From assembly GCA_044221725.1 (NCBI GenBank), contig JBGAON010000004.1, positions 256,001 through 320,000 of the forward strand: DNA of 64,000 nucleotides, in the 5' to 3' direction. Below, in pieces: positions 20,584 to 31,200 of the stretch. Numbering within the stretch: the first letter of the stretch is position 1; each line of letters begins with the position of its first letter. This DNA comes from Elusimicrobiota bacterium (GTDB lineage: Bacteria > Elusimicrobiota > Elusimicrobia > F11). The position numbers were made by a program, and so were the translations under genes. The notes under the pieces were generated by a model that saw only the letters and a program-made list of their open reading frames with translations, did no database searches and was not told the origin of the DNA.

Positions 20584-21504
20584 TTAGTGGCCGAGCGATT
20601 CCAAGTAGCGTTCCGCGCTGATCGCTGCGGCGCAGCCAGAACCCGCTGCCGTGATGGCCTGACGGAACGTGCGGTCCACAACATCGCCGCACGCGAAAAC
20701 GCCAGGGATATTTGTTTCTGTCTTGTCGTTCGTCGTGATGTATCCCTCGTTGTCGGTGTTGATCACGTCTTTAAACAACGCAGAATTGGGGATGTGACCG
20801 ATGGCCAGAAACAAGCCGTCCACTTTCAGTTCGGAATGGTCGCCTGTGCGCGTGTCCTTTAATTTTAATCCGGCCACTTTCCCGTTACCGAGCACTTCTT
20901 CGATGGTTTTGTTGAGAGCCCATTGAATTTTCGGATTTTTGCGAGCCCGGTCTTCCATAATTTTGGAGGCGCGGAATTCCTCGCGGCGATGCACAACGGT
21001 CACCTTGTTGGCGAAGCGGGTTAGAAACTGTGCTTCTTCCATGGCCGAGTCTCCCCCGCCAATGACCGCGACTTCTTTGCCTTTATAAAAGGCTCCGTCG
21101 CAGGTGGCGCAGCTGGTCACGCCTTTGCCCCACAATCTTTTTTCGGACTCAATGCCCAGTTTCCGCGGGCCCGCGCCCGTGGAGATGATGATCGCTCCCG
21201 CTTCTACGGTCGTGTCTTCGTAGGTGACTTTAAACGGATGTTTTGTGAGATCGACTTGGCTGACGTCTTTGTAAAGAATGTCGGCTCCAAACCGTTCCGC
21301 CTGTTTGCGCATGTTGTCCATAAGGTCGGGACCCAAGACGCCTTCGGGAAATCCCGGGAAATTCTCAACCTCGGTGGTGGTCATGAGCTGCCCGCCGGCA
21401 GCGTATCCAGCAAGCACAAGCGGCTTTAAATTCGCGCGGCCCGTGTAAATCGCCGCTGTGTAACCGGCCGGTCCGCCTCCAATGATGACGACTTTTCGAT
21501 CCAT
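20584..21504 (-). CDS. trxB: Thioredoxin-disulfide reductase
   Basis: GGGPAG, CATCDG, GGGDSA, RQAITAAGSG. Confidence 0.98.
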   Translation of the reverse strand: MDRKVVIIGGGPAGYTAAIYTGRANLKPLVLAGYAAGGQLMTTTEVENFPGFPEGVLGPDLMDNMRKQAERFGADILYKDVSQVDLTKHPFKVTYEDTTVEAGAIIISTGAGPRKLGIESEKRLWGKGVTSCATCDGAFYKGKEVAVIGGGDSAMEEAQFLTRFANKVTVVHRREEFRASKIMEDRARKNPKIQWALNKTIEEVLGNGKVAGLKLKDTRTGDHSELKVDGLFLAIGHIPNSALFKDVINTDNEGYITTNDKTETNIPGVFACGDVVDRTFRQAITAAGSGCAAAISAERYLESLGH

Positions 21505-21607
21505 AAAATTCTCCCTTGTTGAACATGAAACACATGTCGGTAAGTTTTGGTTCCGCGAGGGGAACCTGGGGGCGGCATCCTACAAGTTTTCTGGCATAAT
21601 TCGCCCC

Positions 21608-22909
21608 ATGAAAAATGCGCCTCATCTGACGCGCCCTGTTTGGGCTTGGGCCATGTACGATTTTGCGAACTCGGCGTTCGCCACGTCGGTTCTTTCGGTC
21701 ATCTTCAGTGTTTATTTCGCGAATGTGCTTGTGCCGCACGAAGGGATTTTGGTGGGGCCATGGCGAATTCCTGGCGAATCGTTGTGGGGATATTTGATTT
21801 CGTTTGTCATGTTCTTCGTGATTGTGCTCTCTCCCACGCTCGGTGCGCTGGCCGATCAACAGCTTTTGAAACGGTTCCTCCTATTATTATGGGCGACAGT
21901 GGGGGCTTTTTGCACCATGGGACTCGTGTGGGCGGCGCCCGGTCGTTTGGCGCTAACAATGGCGCTTGTCTTTTTTGCGGTGCTCGGATTTGAAATGAGT
22001 CTCGTGTTCTACAACGCGTTCCTGAAAGATATTGTGTCCGACGAAGCGGCCGGGCGTGTGTCGGGTTTGGGATTTGCACTGGGGTACATTGGTGGCGGGT
22101 TGTGTCTCGCGCTAAATATGGTGATGCTAAACCGACCCGAGATGTTTGGGTTTTCCGGCACGGACAAAACGCTGCCGGTGCGCGTCGGAATGATGGTCGT
22201 CGGGGGCTGGTGGTTCCTGTTCTCGATCCCAATATTTTTGTGGGTGAAAGATGCCGGCCATCGGACCGCGAGTCGATATAAACTCAACACCACATTACGG
22301 CAACTGAAAGAAACCTTTCGCTCGATGCTGAGCAACCGGCCCCTGGCCCGCTTTTTGCTCGCGTTTGTTATTTATGACGATGGTGTGCAGACGGTCATCC
22401 TCATGGCATCGATCTTCGGTGCGAAGGCGCTTGGCATGTCGACCGGCCAACTAGCGCTTTGTTTCCTCATGATTCAATTCGTGGCGTTTATCGGGGCGCT
22501 TGTTTGCGGACGATTGGCCGACAGTTGGAGTCACAAGAAAGTAATTCTCATTACACTCGCGATTTATGTTGGCGTGATCTGCTGGGGCGTATTTATGACG
22601 AAGATTTATGAGTTCTGGATTCTTGGCGCGGTCGTCGGTCTCGTCTTGGGAGGAACCCAGGCGGCGTCGCGATCCTTGTTCGCGCTGATGATTCCAGCGG
22701 ACAAATCGAGTGAATATTTCGCGCTATTTTCGATTATTGGTAAAGCGGGTTCTTTTCTCGGGCCGCTGGTTTTCGGTGTGGTGTCCCAATTCTTTGGCCT
22801 GCGCGTGGGCGTGGGTTCCCTTATGATCTTTTTTCTCGTCGGTGGAGGAATTCTCTTCGGTGTTATAGAATCTCCGTCTTCCTATGGAAACAAACCCAAA
22901 CATGTTTGA
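21608..22909 (+). CDS. MFS transporter, UMF1/ATG22 family
   Basis: WAMYDFANSAF, FYNAFL, GGTQAASRSLF; about 12 TM; start placed at ATG 21608. Confidence 0.9.
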   Translation: MKNAPHLTRPVWAWAMYDFANSAFATSVLSVIFSVYFANVLVPHEGILVGPWRIPGESLWGYLISFVMFFVIVLSPTLGALADQQLLKRFLLLLWATVGAFCTMGLVWAAPGRLALTMALVFFAVLGFEMSLVFYNAFLKDIVSDEAAGRVSGLGFALGYIGGGLCLALNMVMLNRPEMFGFSGTDKTLPVRVGMMVVGGWWFLFSIPIFLWVKDAGHRTASRYKLNTTLRQLKETFRSMLSNRPLARFLLAFVIYDDGVQTVILMASIFGAKALGMSTGQLALCFLMIQFVAFIGALVCGRLADSWSHKKVILITLAIYVGVICWGVFMTKIYEFWILGAVVGLVLGGTQAASRSLFALMIPADKSSEYFALFSIIGKAGSFLGPLVFGVVSQFFGLRVGVGSLMIFFLVGGGILFGVIESPSSYGNKPKHV

Positions 22910-24734
22910 TGTGATCGTTATTGGCGCGGGTCACGCGTCGATTGAGGCGGCGCTCGCGCCGGCGCGTATGGGATTGCGCGTTGCAATGATTACGATGGAC
23001 AAAACCAAGATTGGGCAGATGTCCTGTAACCCCGCTATCGGCGGCATCGCGAAAGGCCAGGTCGTCCGCGAAGTTGATGCGCTCGGCGGGGAAATGGGCA
23101 AGGCGACGGATGTTGCCGGCATGCAATTTCGAATGTTGAACCGCGGCAAAGGACCCGCCGTTTGGAGTCCACGGGCGCAATGCGACCGCGCGTTGTATCG
23201 CGATGTGATGACGTCCACCGTAAATTCCCAACCCAATTTACGGGTGATTGAAGACGAAGCCGTGGATCTTATGACAGCGAACGGTCGCATCTCCGGCGTG
23301 GTCGGCAGAAGTGGAAACCGATACGCGTCGCGTGCGGTCGTGGTAGGCACCGGAACATTTTTGAAAGGCCTGCTTCATTGCGGGCTCGACCATGTGGACG
23401 GCGGGCGTCGCGGCGAGCCGCCGGCCGCTCATTTGTCGGATGCGTTTCGTCGGTTGGGATTTTCTGTGGGCCGCCTCAAAACGGGAACGCCGATGCGGCT
23501 CGATGGTCGAACGATTGATTACTCTCAGTGTGAAATTCAGCCCGGCGACGAACGTCCGCTGCCAATGTCGCACTTCACGCGCGTGTTGCCACAGAAACAG
23601 ATTCCGTGCTGGCTCACGCACACGAATTCCGAAACGCACGACATCATTCGCAACAATCTGGATCGTTCACCAATTTATTCTGGGAAAATTTCAACGACCG
23701 GCGTGCGTTATTGTCCTTCGATCGAAGATAAGATCGTCAAGTTTCCGCACCACGGGCGGCACCACATTTTTATTGAGCCCGAAGGATATTTCACCGATGA
23801 AGTGTATATCAACGGTCTCTTCACGAGTTTGCCGGGCGACGTTCAAGAGCGCGTCGTGCATTCCGTTCCGGGACTCGAACACGCAAAATTTGTTCGTTAC
23901 GGATACGCGGTCGAATACGACTATTGCCCGCCAACACAATTGAAGCCAACGCTCGAAACGAAATTAATTCCAGGCCTTTATTTTGCTGGACAGATCAACG
24001 GGACGACCGGCTACGAAGAAGCGGCGGGTCAAGGGCTGATTGCCGGAATCAACGCCGGCCTCGCGCTTCAAGGCAAAGAGCCTTTTATTGTTGGACGTGA
24101 CGAAGCCTACATTGGCGTGATGATCGATGATCTCGTTACGAAAGGTGTGGACGAGCCTTACCGACTGCTCACAAGCCGCGCCGAATATCGGATACATCTG
24201 CGTTGGGATAACGCGGATTTGCGGCTGATGGAAGCCGGTCAAAAGTTCGGTCTTATTGATAAGGAAGCCTTTAAATCGTTTGAAGCGTATCGCGCGCGGG
24301 TGGAAGCCGCGCTTTCGAATCCAAACGTTTTGGGTTCGCCAATGAAACCTTTTTCTGGAATTGAAAACGAAGATTTCCGAAACGCCGACGAAATTGATCC
24401 GTTGACCACGTTTGATATCGAATTCGGCGCGTGGTCCGCGCATCACGAGGCTTATCAAGTCTGGGTGCAACACAAATACAGAGGTTACATGGACCGGCAA
24501 AACGCTGAGATTAATCGGTTCCAATCGATCGAGGCGAAACGCATTCCCGAAAATTTTGATTTCAAATCAATTCCGGGGCTGCTTTTAGAGGCGCGCGAGA
24601 AATTTCATCGTGTGAAACCGGTGTCTGTCGGGCAAGCCTCGCGCATCCCCGGTGTAACGCCGGCGGACATCAGCATCCTTTTGGTTTTCTTAAAGAAATA
24701 TCAGGCAAACGAAGGAGTAAAGAGTGCAAGCTGA
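22884..24734 (+). CDS. mnmG: tRNA uridine-5-carboxymethylaminomethyl synthesis enzyme MnmG
   Basis: MSCNPAIGG, RYCPSIEDK, AGQINGTTGYEEAA. Confidence 0.98.
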   Translation: METNPNMFDVIVIGAGHASIEAALAPARMGLRVAMITMDKTKIGQMSCNPAIGGIAKGQVVREVDALGGEMGKATDVAGMQFRMLNRGKGPAVWSPRAQCDRALYRDVMTSTVNSQPNLRVIEDEAVDLMTANGRISGVVGRSGNRYASRAVVVGTGTFLKGLLHCGLDHVDGGRRGEPPAAHLSDAFRRLGFSVGRLKTGTPMRLDGRTIDYSQCEIQPGDERPLPMSHFTRVLPQKQIPCWLTHTNSETHDIIRNNLDRSPIYSGKISTTGVRYCPSIEDKIVKFPHHGRHHIFIEPEGYFTDEVYINGLFTSLPGDVQERVVHSVPGLEHAKFVRYGYAVEYDYCPPTQLKPTLETKLIPGLYFAGQINGTTGYEEAAGQGLIAGINAGLALQGKEPFIVGRDEAYIGVMIDDLVTKGVDEPYRLLTSRAEYRIHLRWDNADLRLMEAGQKFGLIDKEAFKSFEAYRARVEAALSNPNVLGSPMKPFSGIENEDFRNADEIDPLTTFDIEFGAWSAHHEAYQVWVQHKYRGYMDRQNAEINRFQSIEAKRIPENFDFKSIPGLLLEAREKFHRVKPVSVGQASRIPGVTPADISILLVFLKKYQANEGVKSAS

Positions 24735-25455
24735 CGATTGGTACGCGCCGCTGAAAAAAACGCTCGCTCGCTGGGAAGTGTCGCTTCCACCGGATGGTGA
24801 GGAGTATTTTCGAATTTACTTGCATGAACTTGCCGTTTGGAACGAAAAAATAAATCTCACGGCGCTTAAAGAGCCCAAGCACATCGCGCTGGGTCATTTC
24901 GCTGATTCGTTGGCTCCGATGATCATCGATAAAGTTTTTGAAATCAAACACGCGCACGCCATTGACATCGGAACCGGCGCCGGATTTCCCGGATTGCCCC
25001 TTAAAATTGCAAATCCAGACTGGCGCATGTCGCTCGTGGATTCGATAGGAAAGAAATGCGACTTCTTGCGCGCGGTTGTGGGCGCGATGGAATTGAACCG
25101 CGTCGAAGTCCATCAAAGGCGATCGGAAGAGCTTGGTTATGAAAAGGATCATCGCGAGAAATATGATTTTGCGTTCGCGCGTGCTCTTTCGAGCCTCTCA
25201 ACGCTGATTGAATACGGACTGCCGTTTTTGAAAATTGGCGGTCTTTTAATTGCGCATCGTGGCCGCACGGCCGCCGAAGAAGCGTCGCGCGTGAACGTCG
25301 CGCTCGAAGAACTTGGCGGAGAAATTTCGGAAGTGCGGCATTACGAGATTGCCGAACTCGGTGGATCGCGCTCGCTCGTTGTTGTTAAAAAAGTGAAGCC
25401 GACATCGAAGCATTACCCACGCCGAACCGGAGTCGCGTCCAAACGACCGCTGTAA
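24724..25455 (+). CDS. rsmG: 16S rRNA m7G527 methyltransferase
   Basis: INLT, HFADS, DIGTGAGFPG, YPR; follows mnmG. Confidence 0.96.
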   Translation: MQADDWYAPLKKTLARWEVSLPPDGEEYFRIYLHELAVWNEKINLTALKEPKHIALGHFADSLAPMIIDKVFEIKHAHAIDIGTGAGFPGLPLKIANPDWRMSLVDSIGKKCDFLRAVVGAMELNRVEVHQRRSEELGYEKDHREKYDFAFARALSSLSTLIEYGLPFLKIGGLLIAHRGRTAAEEASRVNVALEELGGEISEVRHYEIAELGGSRSLVVVKKVKPTSKHYPRRTGVASKRPL

Positions 25456-26124
25456 GTGTTTCCGCTTCGCGATAGTGTCCCGTCCCGCCGTTTTCCGTTT
25501 GTTAATTACTTCTTAATTCTTTCCAACCTTTTTATCTTCGTCAAAGAAGTTCAGTTCGCGCAGGCCGGGACGCTCGATGCGCTGATGAAAAGCTACTCGC
25601 TTATTCCCGCGCATTTCATTAACGATCCGGTGGTTCACCTTCGCGAAGTTTTTACCGCGATGTTCCTTCACGGAAGTTGGGGGCACGTGATCGGCAATAT
25701 GTGGTTCCTTTATATTTTCGGTGACAATGTGGAAGACAACCTTGGCCACGGGCGGTATCTGTTTTATTACTTGCTCATGGGTGTTGGGGCCGCGATCGGC
25801 CAGATTGCCGCCGCCCCGCACAGCACGCTACCAATGATCGGAGCCTCCGGCGCCATTGCCGGCGTTCTCGGTGGATACATTGTTCTTTATCCGCGCGCGC
25901 GCGTGCTCACGTTTTTTATTTTCGTGATCTTCGTTCGATTCATCGAAGTGCCCGCGTATTTGTTTCTCGGTTTATGGTTCGTGATGCAAGCATTGAACGG
26001 CGTCGGCTCGCTGACGGTGCAAGCCGCGCACGGAGAAATGGGTGGCGTCGCGTGGTGGGCCCATGCGGGCGGATTTCTCGCTGGCTTTGTTTTTATTCCA
26101 TTTTTCAAACGCAAGAATTCATGA
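25456..26124 (+). CDS. Rhomboid intramembrane serine protease
   Basis: MFLHG..H..GNM, GASGAI, WAHAGG. Confidence 0.95.
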   Translation: MFPLRDSVPSRRFPFVNYFLILSNLFIFVKEVQFAQAGTLDALMKSYSLIPAHFINDPVVHLREVFTAMFLHGSWGHVIGNMWFLYIFGDNVEDNLGHGRYLFYYLLMGVGAAIGQIAAAPHSTLPMIGASGAIAGVLGGYIVLYPRARVLTFFIFVIFVRFIEVPAYLFLGLWFVMQALNGVGSLTVQAAHGEMGGVAWWAHAGGFLAGFVFIPFFKRKNS

Positions 26125-28149
26125 CGGCTCGCTCGCCCATTCGTACCAGCCCAATTTTTGCGGAATAACAAGTGGGATGTCGTCCCACGGTGGAACGCTC
26201 GGATGAAAGTCGCTGATCGAATGGGTTTCGACGACCAGATTTGGTTTTAAGCGCTGCAGAAATTCTTCGCGCCAGCGCCAATTTCGGGGAAAATGCGATT
26301 GAATCAATTCGTAGCGCTTGTTCCGAGAAAGAAGCCAATCTTGAGTCTTCAGTCGAAGCGTTTCGGTAAGCAAGATTTTATTTTTGCCGTCCGAGAATTC
26401 GAGAAAGGCTGCGTTGCACGCAATAACAGTGCTCACGTTTACCCACCTGGTGAGCGATTCAATACCGTCGGTTTGTTCTCTGTTCGGATTTGTGATGAAG
26501 ACGGCATCGAGATGGTGAATCCCGTGCTGCGTAAGAAACGGCATCAGCGTTCGCTCGGTGCTGTCGTACGGTTCTTTCGACCCGGGGTTAATGAGAACAT
26601 TCTTCCCATCGGCGGTTTCTACCAGCGTCGTTAGCCGTTTGCCATTGTCAATCCACGTGACGCGCAAACCCTTCGGCTTTTGGTGCTTATAATGCCGTTG
26701 GATTATGCCAACGCCAACACAAAGGATTCCGAGCGTGCACAAGGTACGCGCGAAAGCCGATTTGCGAACGAACACGATCGATAAACAAGTGACGTAAAAA
26801 CCAATCGTGGTCATCATGGACGGCGGTGAAACCCACAGGCTTGTCCCAAGCCGATCCGCAAAAAATTTTACGAGAGCAATAAGACAGGACGAATAAATTC
26901 TCGCGAGTGTAACGATCGCTGAAATTCCGTGACCGATAACCAACGCCAGGCCGATTGGTAATCCGATTCCTGAAAATGGAACAACAAAAATGTTGGATAC
27001 GACGCTCACCGGAAAGAAACGTTGGAACGTGGCGGCCGTAATGGGAACCAGCCAAATTTGAGCTGTAAGGGTCGTCGCAAGAAGCCGAAGAGGCCACCGC
27101 AACCACAAAGGAATGTTTTGCATAGCGGGTTCGAGTGGCGTAAGAAAATAGATGAGACCAAACACCGTCACGAACGACATTTGAAATCCAATATCGAACA
27201 ACGCGTGCGGATCGAACGTTAAGATAATAAGCGCCGTGAGCCCGAGCGCGTTGTACGGTTGATCGTTCCGCACCAATAGAAACGAAAACACGCCGATGGT
27301 GCCCATGAGTCCGGCGCGCGCGATCGGCGCATCGGCACCGGCCAACAAAACATAGATCCAAATGCACGGCAGCGTCAGCGTGACGGCGATCTTAAGCGGG
27401 ATTCCCAACAAGCGAAAGAAAATTAAACACAGCGCCATCACAAACGCCACGTTCGATCCCGACGCGACGAGCACATGCATGGTTCCGGATTCAATGAAGA
27501 TTCGTTTGATTTCCGGGTTAAATCGTGGCCTGTTTCCAACGACGAGTCCGGACAAGACCGTGGATTGATCGCTGTTTAAATATGTTTCAAAAATTCGAAC
27601 GGACTTTTGCTTAAGACCCCAAGCGATTCGCTGGAGAGTGTTGTGTCCTGCGTCACCAAGAACTTCCACGGATTTCGAGCTCGTGTAAATGACGGTTCGA
27701 ATTCCTTTGTCAGCGAGATAGTCCGCATAATCAAATGCGCCGGGGGTAAGCGCGGCTTTTGGAAATTGCAATCGGCCAACGGCGCGGACGCGATCTCCCG
27801 GTGAAGCAATGGGTGCGGTCGATTTAAGAATCTGGAGCAGCAACGATCCTTGAAGACAACGGCGTTCATGGTTTTCAAATGTCTCTACCGTTTCTGCGTT
27901 TATGAGATAAACGCATCCGTTTGGTCGCGCGTCCGGCTGCGCGGTTACAATGCCGGTCACCGCGCAACGTTGACCATTCCAATGCGAAGGGTCGTGCTCG
28001 TCAACGCGGTCCCATACGCCGATTCTTTTTGCGATAAAAATTCCCGTGCAGAATGCCACAAGAATCCACAGCACCGGCCGCCGAAAAAAATAAAGCTGCC
28101 GCCAATCCCAAATTTCGTTCCGCAGTTCGGACCAATAGTGTCGAAACAT
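26119..28149 (-). CDS. comEC: ComEC/Rec2 DNA uptake channel with degenerate C-terminal MBL domain
   Basis: OB domain (PGAFDY), competence domain (GTMHVLVASGSNV, GFQMSF), truncated lactamase-like tail. Confidence 0.9.
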   Translation of the reverse strand: MFRHYWSELRNEIWDWRQLYFFRRPVLWILVAFCTGIFIAKRIGVWDRVDEHDPSHWNGQRCAVTGIVTAQPDARPNGCVYLINAETVETFENHERRCLQGSLLLQILKSTAPIASPGDRVRAVGRLQFPKAALTPGAFDYADYLADKGIRTVIYTSSKSVEVLGDAGHNTLQRIAWGLKQKSVRIFETYLNSDQSTVLSGLVVGNRPRFNPEIKRIFIESGTMHVLVASGSNVAFVMALCLIFFRLLGIPLKIAVTLTLPCIWIYVLLAGADAPIARAGLMGTIGVFSFLLVRNDQPYNALGLTALIILTFDPHALFDIGFQMSFVTVFGLIYFLTPLEPAMQNIPLWLRWPLRLLATTLTAQIWLVPITAATFQRFFPVSVVSNIFVVPFSGIGLPIGLALVIGHGISAIVTLARIYSSCLIALVKFFADRLGTSLWVSPPSMMTTIGFYVTCLSIVFVRKSAFARTLCTLGILCVGVGIIQRHYKHQKPKGLRVTWIDNGKRLTTLVETADGKNVLINPGSKEPYDSTERTLMPFLTQHGIHHLDAVFITNPNREQTDGIESLTRWVNVSTVIACNAAFLEFSDGKNKILLTETLRLKTQDWLLSRNKRYELIQSHFPRNWRWREEFLQRLKPNLVVETHSISDFHPSVPPWDDIPLVIPQKLGWYEWASEPS

Positions 28150-28222
28150 GGCAACTCCAATAAGAGTTGGCCGAAGGGGTGACCAGAAGGGAAGCGAATC
28201 TTAATTAATTGCGATGAAAGAA

Positions 28223-31200
28223 TTAAGCGCCGATGAGAGTGGCGCGAATGCGATCGAAATTTCTCAGATGATCGGCGTCCAACTCGACAACCTTCCCCAA
28301 TTCTTTTGCGATGAGATTCACCAGGATGGCATCACGCAATTTCGGATCGGCGTTCGAGAGATCGAAGAAGTTCGCGGGCAGTGTCGCTATGTTTGTCGTT
28401 AACACAAAGCGCGATCGCGTCAGCACGCCGTTCGTCGCCGTCGCGACGTTTTGCACGAATTGTGCCGCGGTCGCGCCTCGCACCTGGACCCGAACATTTG
28501 GGCGTGAATGTTCCCGAAGCCATTTCGAAAGTTGTTGTTTGGATGTTTCCGATTCCACGGAAAAAACAATCGATTTGTTGGCCGGGAGCTTCTTGAACTG
28601 CGCGAGCCAATCGTTGGCTTGTGTTGCGACATCCGACTTGTCGTCCAGCATTGGAATGATGTTCTCGGCGTCGGGCAACCGCTCAATGCGGTTGAGTAAA
28701 GCAGAATCATCGAATATGCGTTCCGCGGGAACCAGATCCACCAGTGTCTGGGATTTTGTGGCCGGCGTGGTTGCGGGCGTCGTCGGTGATGGCGGTTGCG
28801 GAGGCGTCGGGAATTCTTGTTGATTGAGTCCGGCCTCGTTTATCGCCTGCCAAACAAGAAATGTTGTGGCATAAGCGTTTAATTCCCGTTTCATAACTTG
28901 TTCCAAGAGCGCAAAATCTTGCTCTTCTTTGTTTTTGAGCGGTTTGTAATCGAGCATTTCAAGCGCATGCGTTAACGCGGCTCGAGCCGTTTCCAATTGG
29001 TTCGCTTTTTCTGGGTCTTTCTCCTGGAAGGTTTCGGGTTTTGGCACTTCAGTGATCAATGAGGATAGATCAGAATAAGCTTCCCAAAGGATTTCCCCGA
29101 ATGGTGAATCTGAAGTTAGCGTCCAGCGCACGTCCGTAAAAAGACGGATTCGTTCGGCCATTTGTTCCAGTAGCGGCCGTTGTGAATTTAGGTGCGCCAA
29201 CGATAAGAATCCGAACGAGCCACGGAACGCAACATTTCCCACGGCTTCCAAAACGGCGGCCGTCGCGAGCGCAGACAATTCATTCGACAAAATACGTTCG
29301 TGATGAATGGACGGCGGAACCGTCACAATATTCCTTTCCAAGGGCAGGCGTTTCATCCACGAATAGACCAGTGTCCAAATCTGATATTCCGAACGAAGAT
29401 AATTTCGGTCCGTTGGTGGATACGGCAGGTCCCAATGATCGATCAGTACCGCTCCCGAGGCCATCTTGTCCGACAATTCGTAAATGTCATTAAACGGATC
29501 GTATTTTCGAATCCTTGGTCTTGATTTCAAAGCAGCGACCATAAACTTTCCAATTTGGCTAGCGTCTTGGTGCCCGGATAATCGGAACATGGCGCCCAGT
29601 CGACCGGGCGTGGAGCGAATCCGTTTTAGAACCTGCAACATATCAACGTCGAATTGCTTCTCGATGCCCGATGCCAATTTCGCTCGATAAAAAGGCAACA
29701 CATCGTCGTCAATTTGCACCGGAATTCTCTTGTAGAGAGCGATATTGCGGTTGGACCCGTTGCCGGAAGAAAGTCCCAGTGCCAGATCCACGGCCCGATC
29801 GAGGCCGCCTTCGTGTTCAAGTCTTTGGCCGGTTGGCGTGCTAAGAAGTCTTTGCTTCAGTTCGCTTAAATCTTTTTCTCGTTGAACTGGGCCGAAATAA
29901 ATAATGCGGACCCCTTGAGGGGCAAACTCTTTGGCCAATTGCCGAAAATGTATTTCCCGGGTTGCTCGGGCATCATCGTCGGTCGAATCATCCACCACGG
30001 TGAGCTCAACGCCATGTCCGAACAAAACGAAATTTTTCGCGTAGGCTTCCACCGCGCCGACGGCGTCCGCGCGATTGCGCGTGAGGATCGCCACGCGTTT
30101 GATTTCGTTTGCGTAAATAGATTCGTAGCGCCTCGTCGGATCTTGCATGAGTCCATGGAACGCCTCGATCCACTCCGGCTCTGAAAAACTGAGATTGTTT
30201 GCCATGGAACTGATCGGATTTGAAATTATCAATCGGGAATGTTCAAGCGGCGTTGACAAGAAGAAAGGTACCGGAATTCCTGTTTCCGCGTGCAACATGT
30301 TGGAGAAAGTTTCTAATTCCCGGTTTACGGCATCGCGCATCGCCACGGGATCGTTATTATCAAGGGGTACGTTGACGGAACCGATATAACCTTGCATGAC
30401 GAACTGCGCAAACTCCGTAGACGTGAAAGTTCTGGTGAGAATTTCTTTTATCAATCCTGCTGGTAATTGGTTTAGAAATCTTTTGATCGTGTTCGCGGCG
30501 CTCATGCGCTGATCCAATTGCTGCTCGGGTGTTAGAGTTAGTCTTGGCTTCTTATCTGATCCGGTGAACGCCACCGATCCGGGTTCGGGTGTTCTCACGA
30601 TGGGTCCAGCTCCTCCGATCGTCAGCACGTTGGCGTTGGCACGAAAAACCGGATGAAGCACCGACGCATAGCTCATCCAATGCCAATCCGTTATCCATTT
30701 GATGAAGTTATGGACGACATGAAAGAAAACGACGAGCTCATATTTTTCGTGAGCCGGCAGTCCCCACGCATTCGAGGCCAGAAAACCGATGACGAGCGTC
30801 GGCATGAGCAGCCAGGCCGCATTCTGAAATTGTTGCTGAGAGTTTTTTATGAAGACCGAGTTTACGACGAGGTGCAAAATATAAAAGAGAGCCATTGATT
30901 CGATGAGGCCAAGCCGTGGAAAAACAATTTCGAAAAGCAGGGATGCTTCTAAAAGAGGAGAAAGAAATCCAAACACCAGCAAGTCCGCGAAGAGGTTCTT
31001 CGTGAGCGGAACGGGCAACGGCGGCGTGTAACGCGGCATTCCGGCATCGTGTGCTTCTTTCAATAGGTCGCTGTAGGAGTCCGGCACAATCAGCGTGATT
31101 TTCGATTTGAATTGCGCGTCGATAAGATGGGCTTTGGCCAGCGCGGAAATTCGCAGCGTTACGGCGAATTTCGATGGCTCGGCCGGCGCGGCCTGAATTT

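Noticed and set aside
22884..25455. Origin-proximal mnmG-rsmG-parAB block
   Set aside because: A rhomboid gene follows rsmG; no parA/parB is present.
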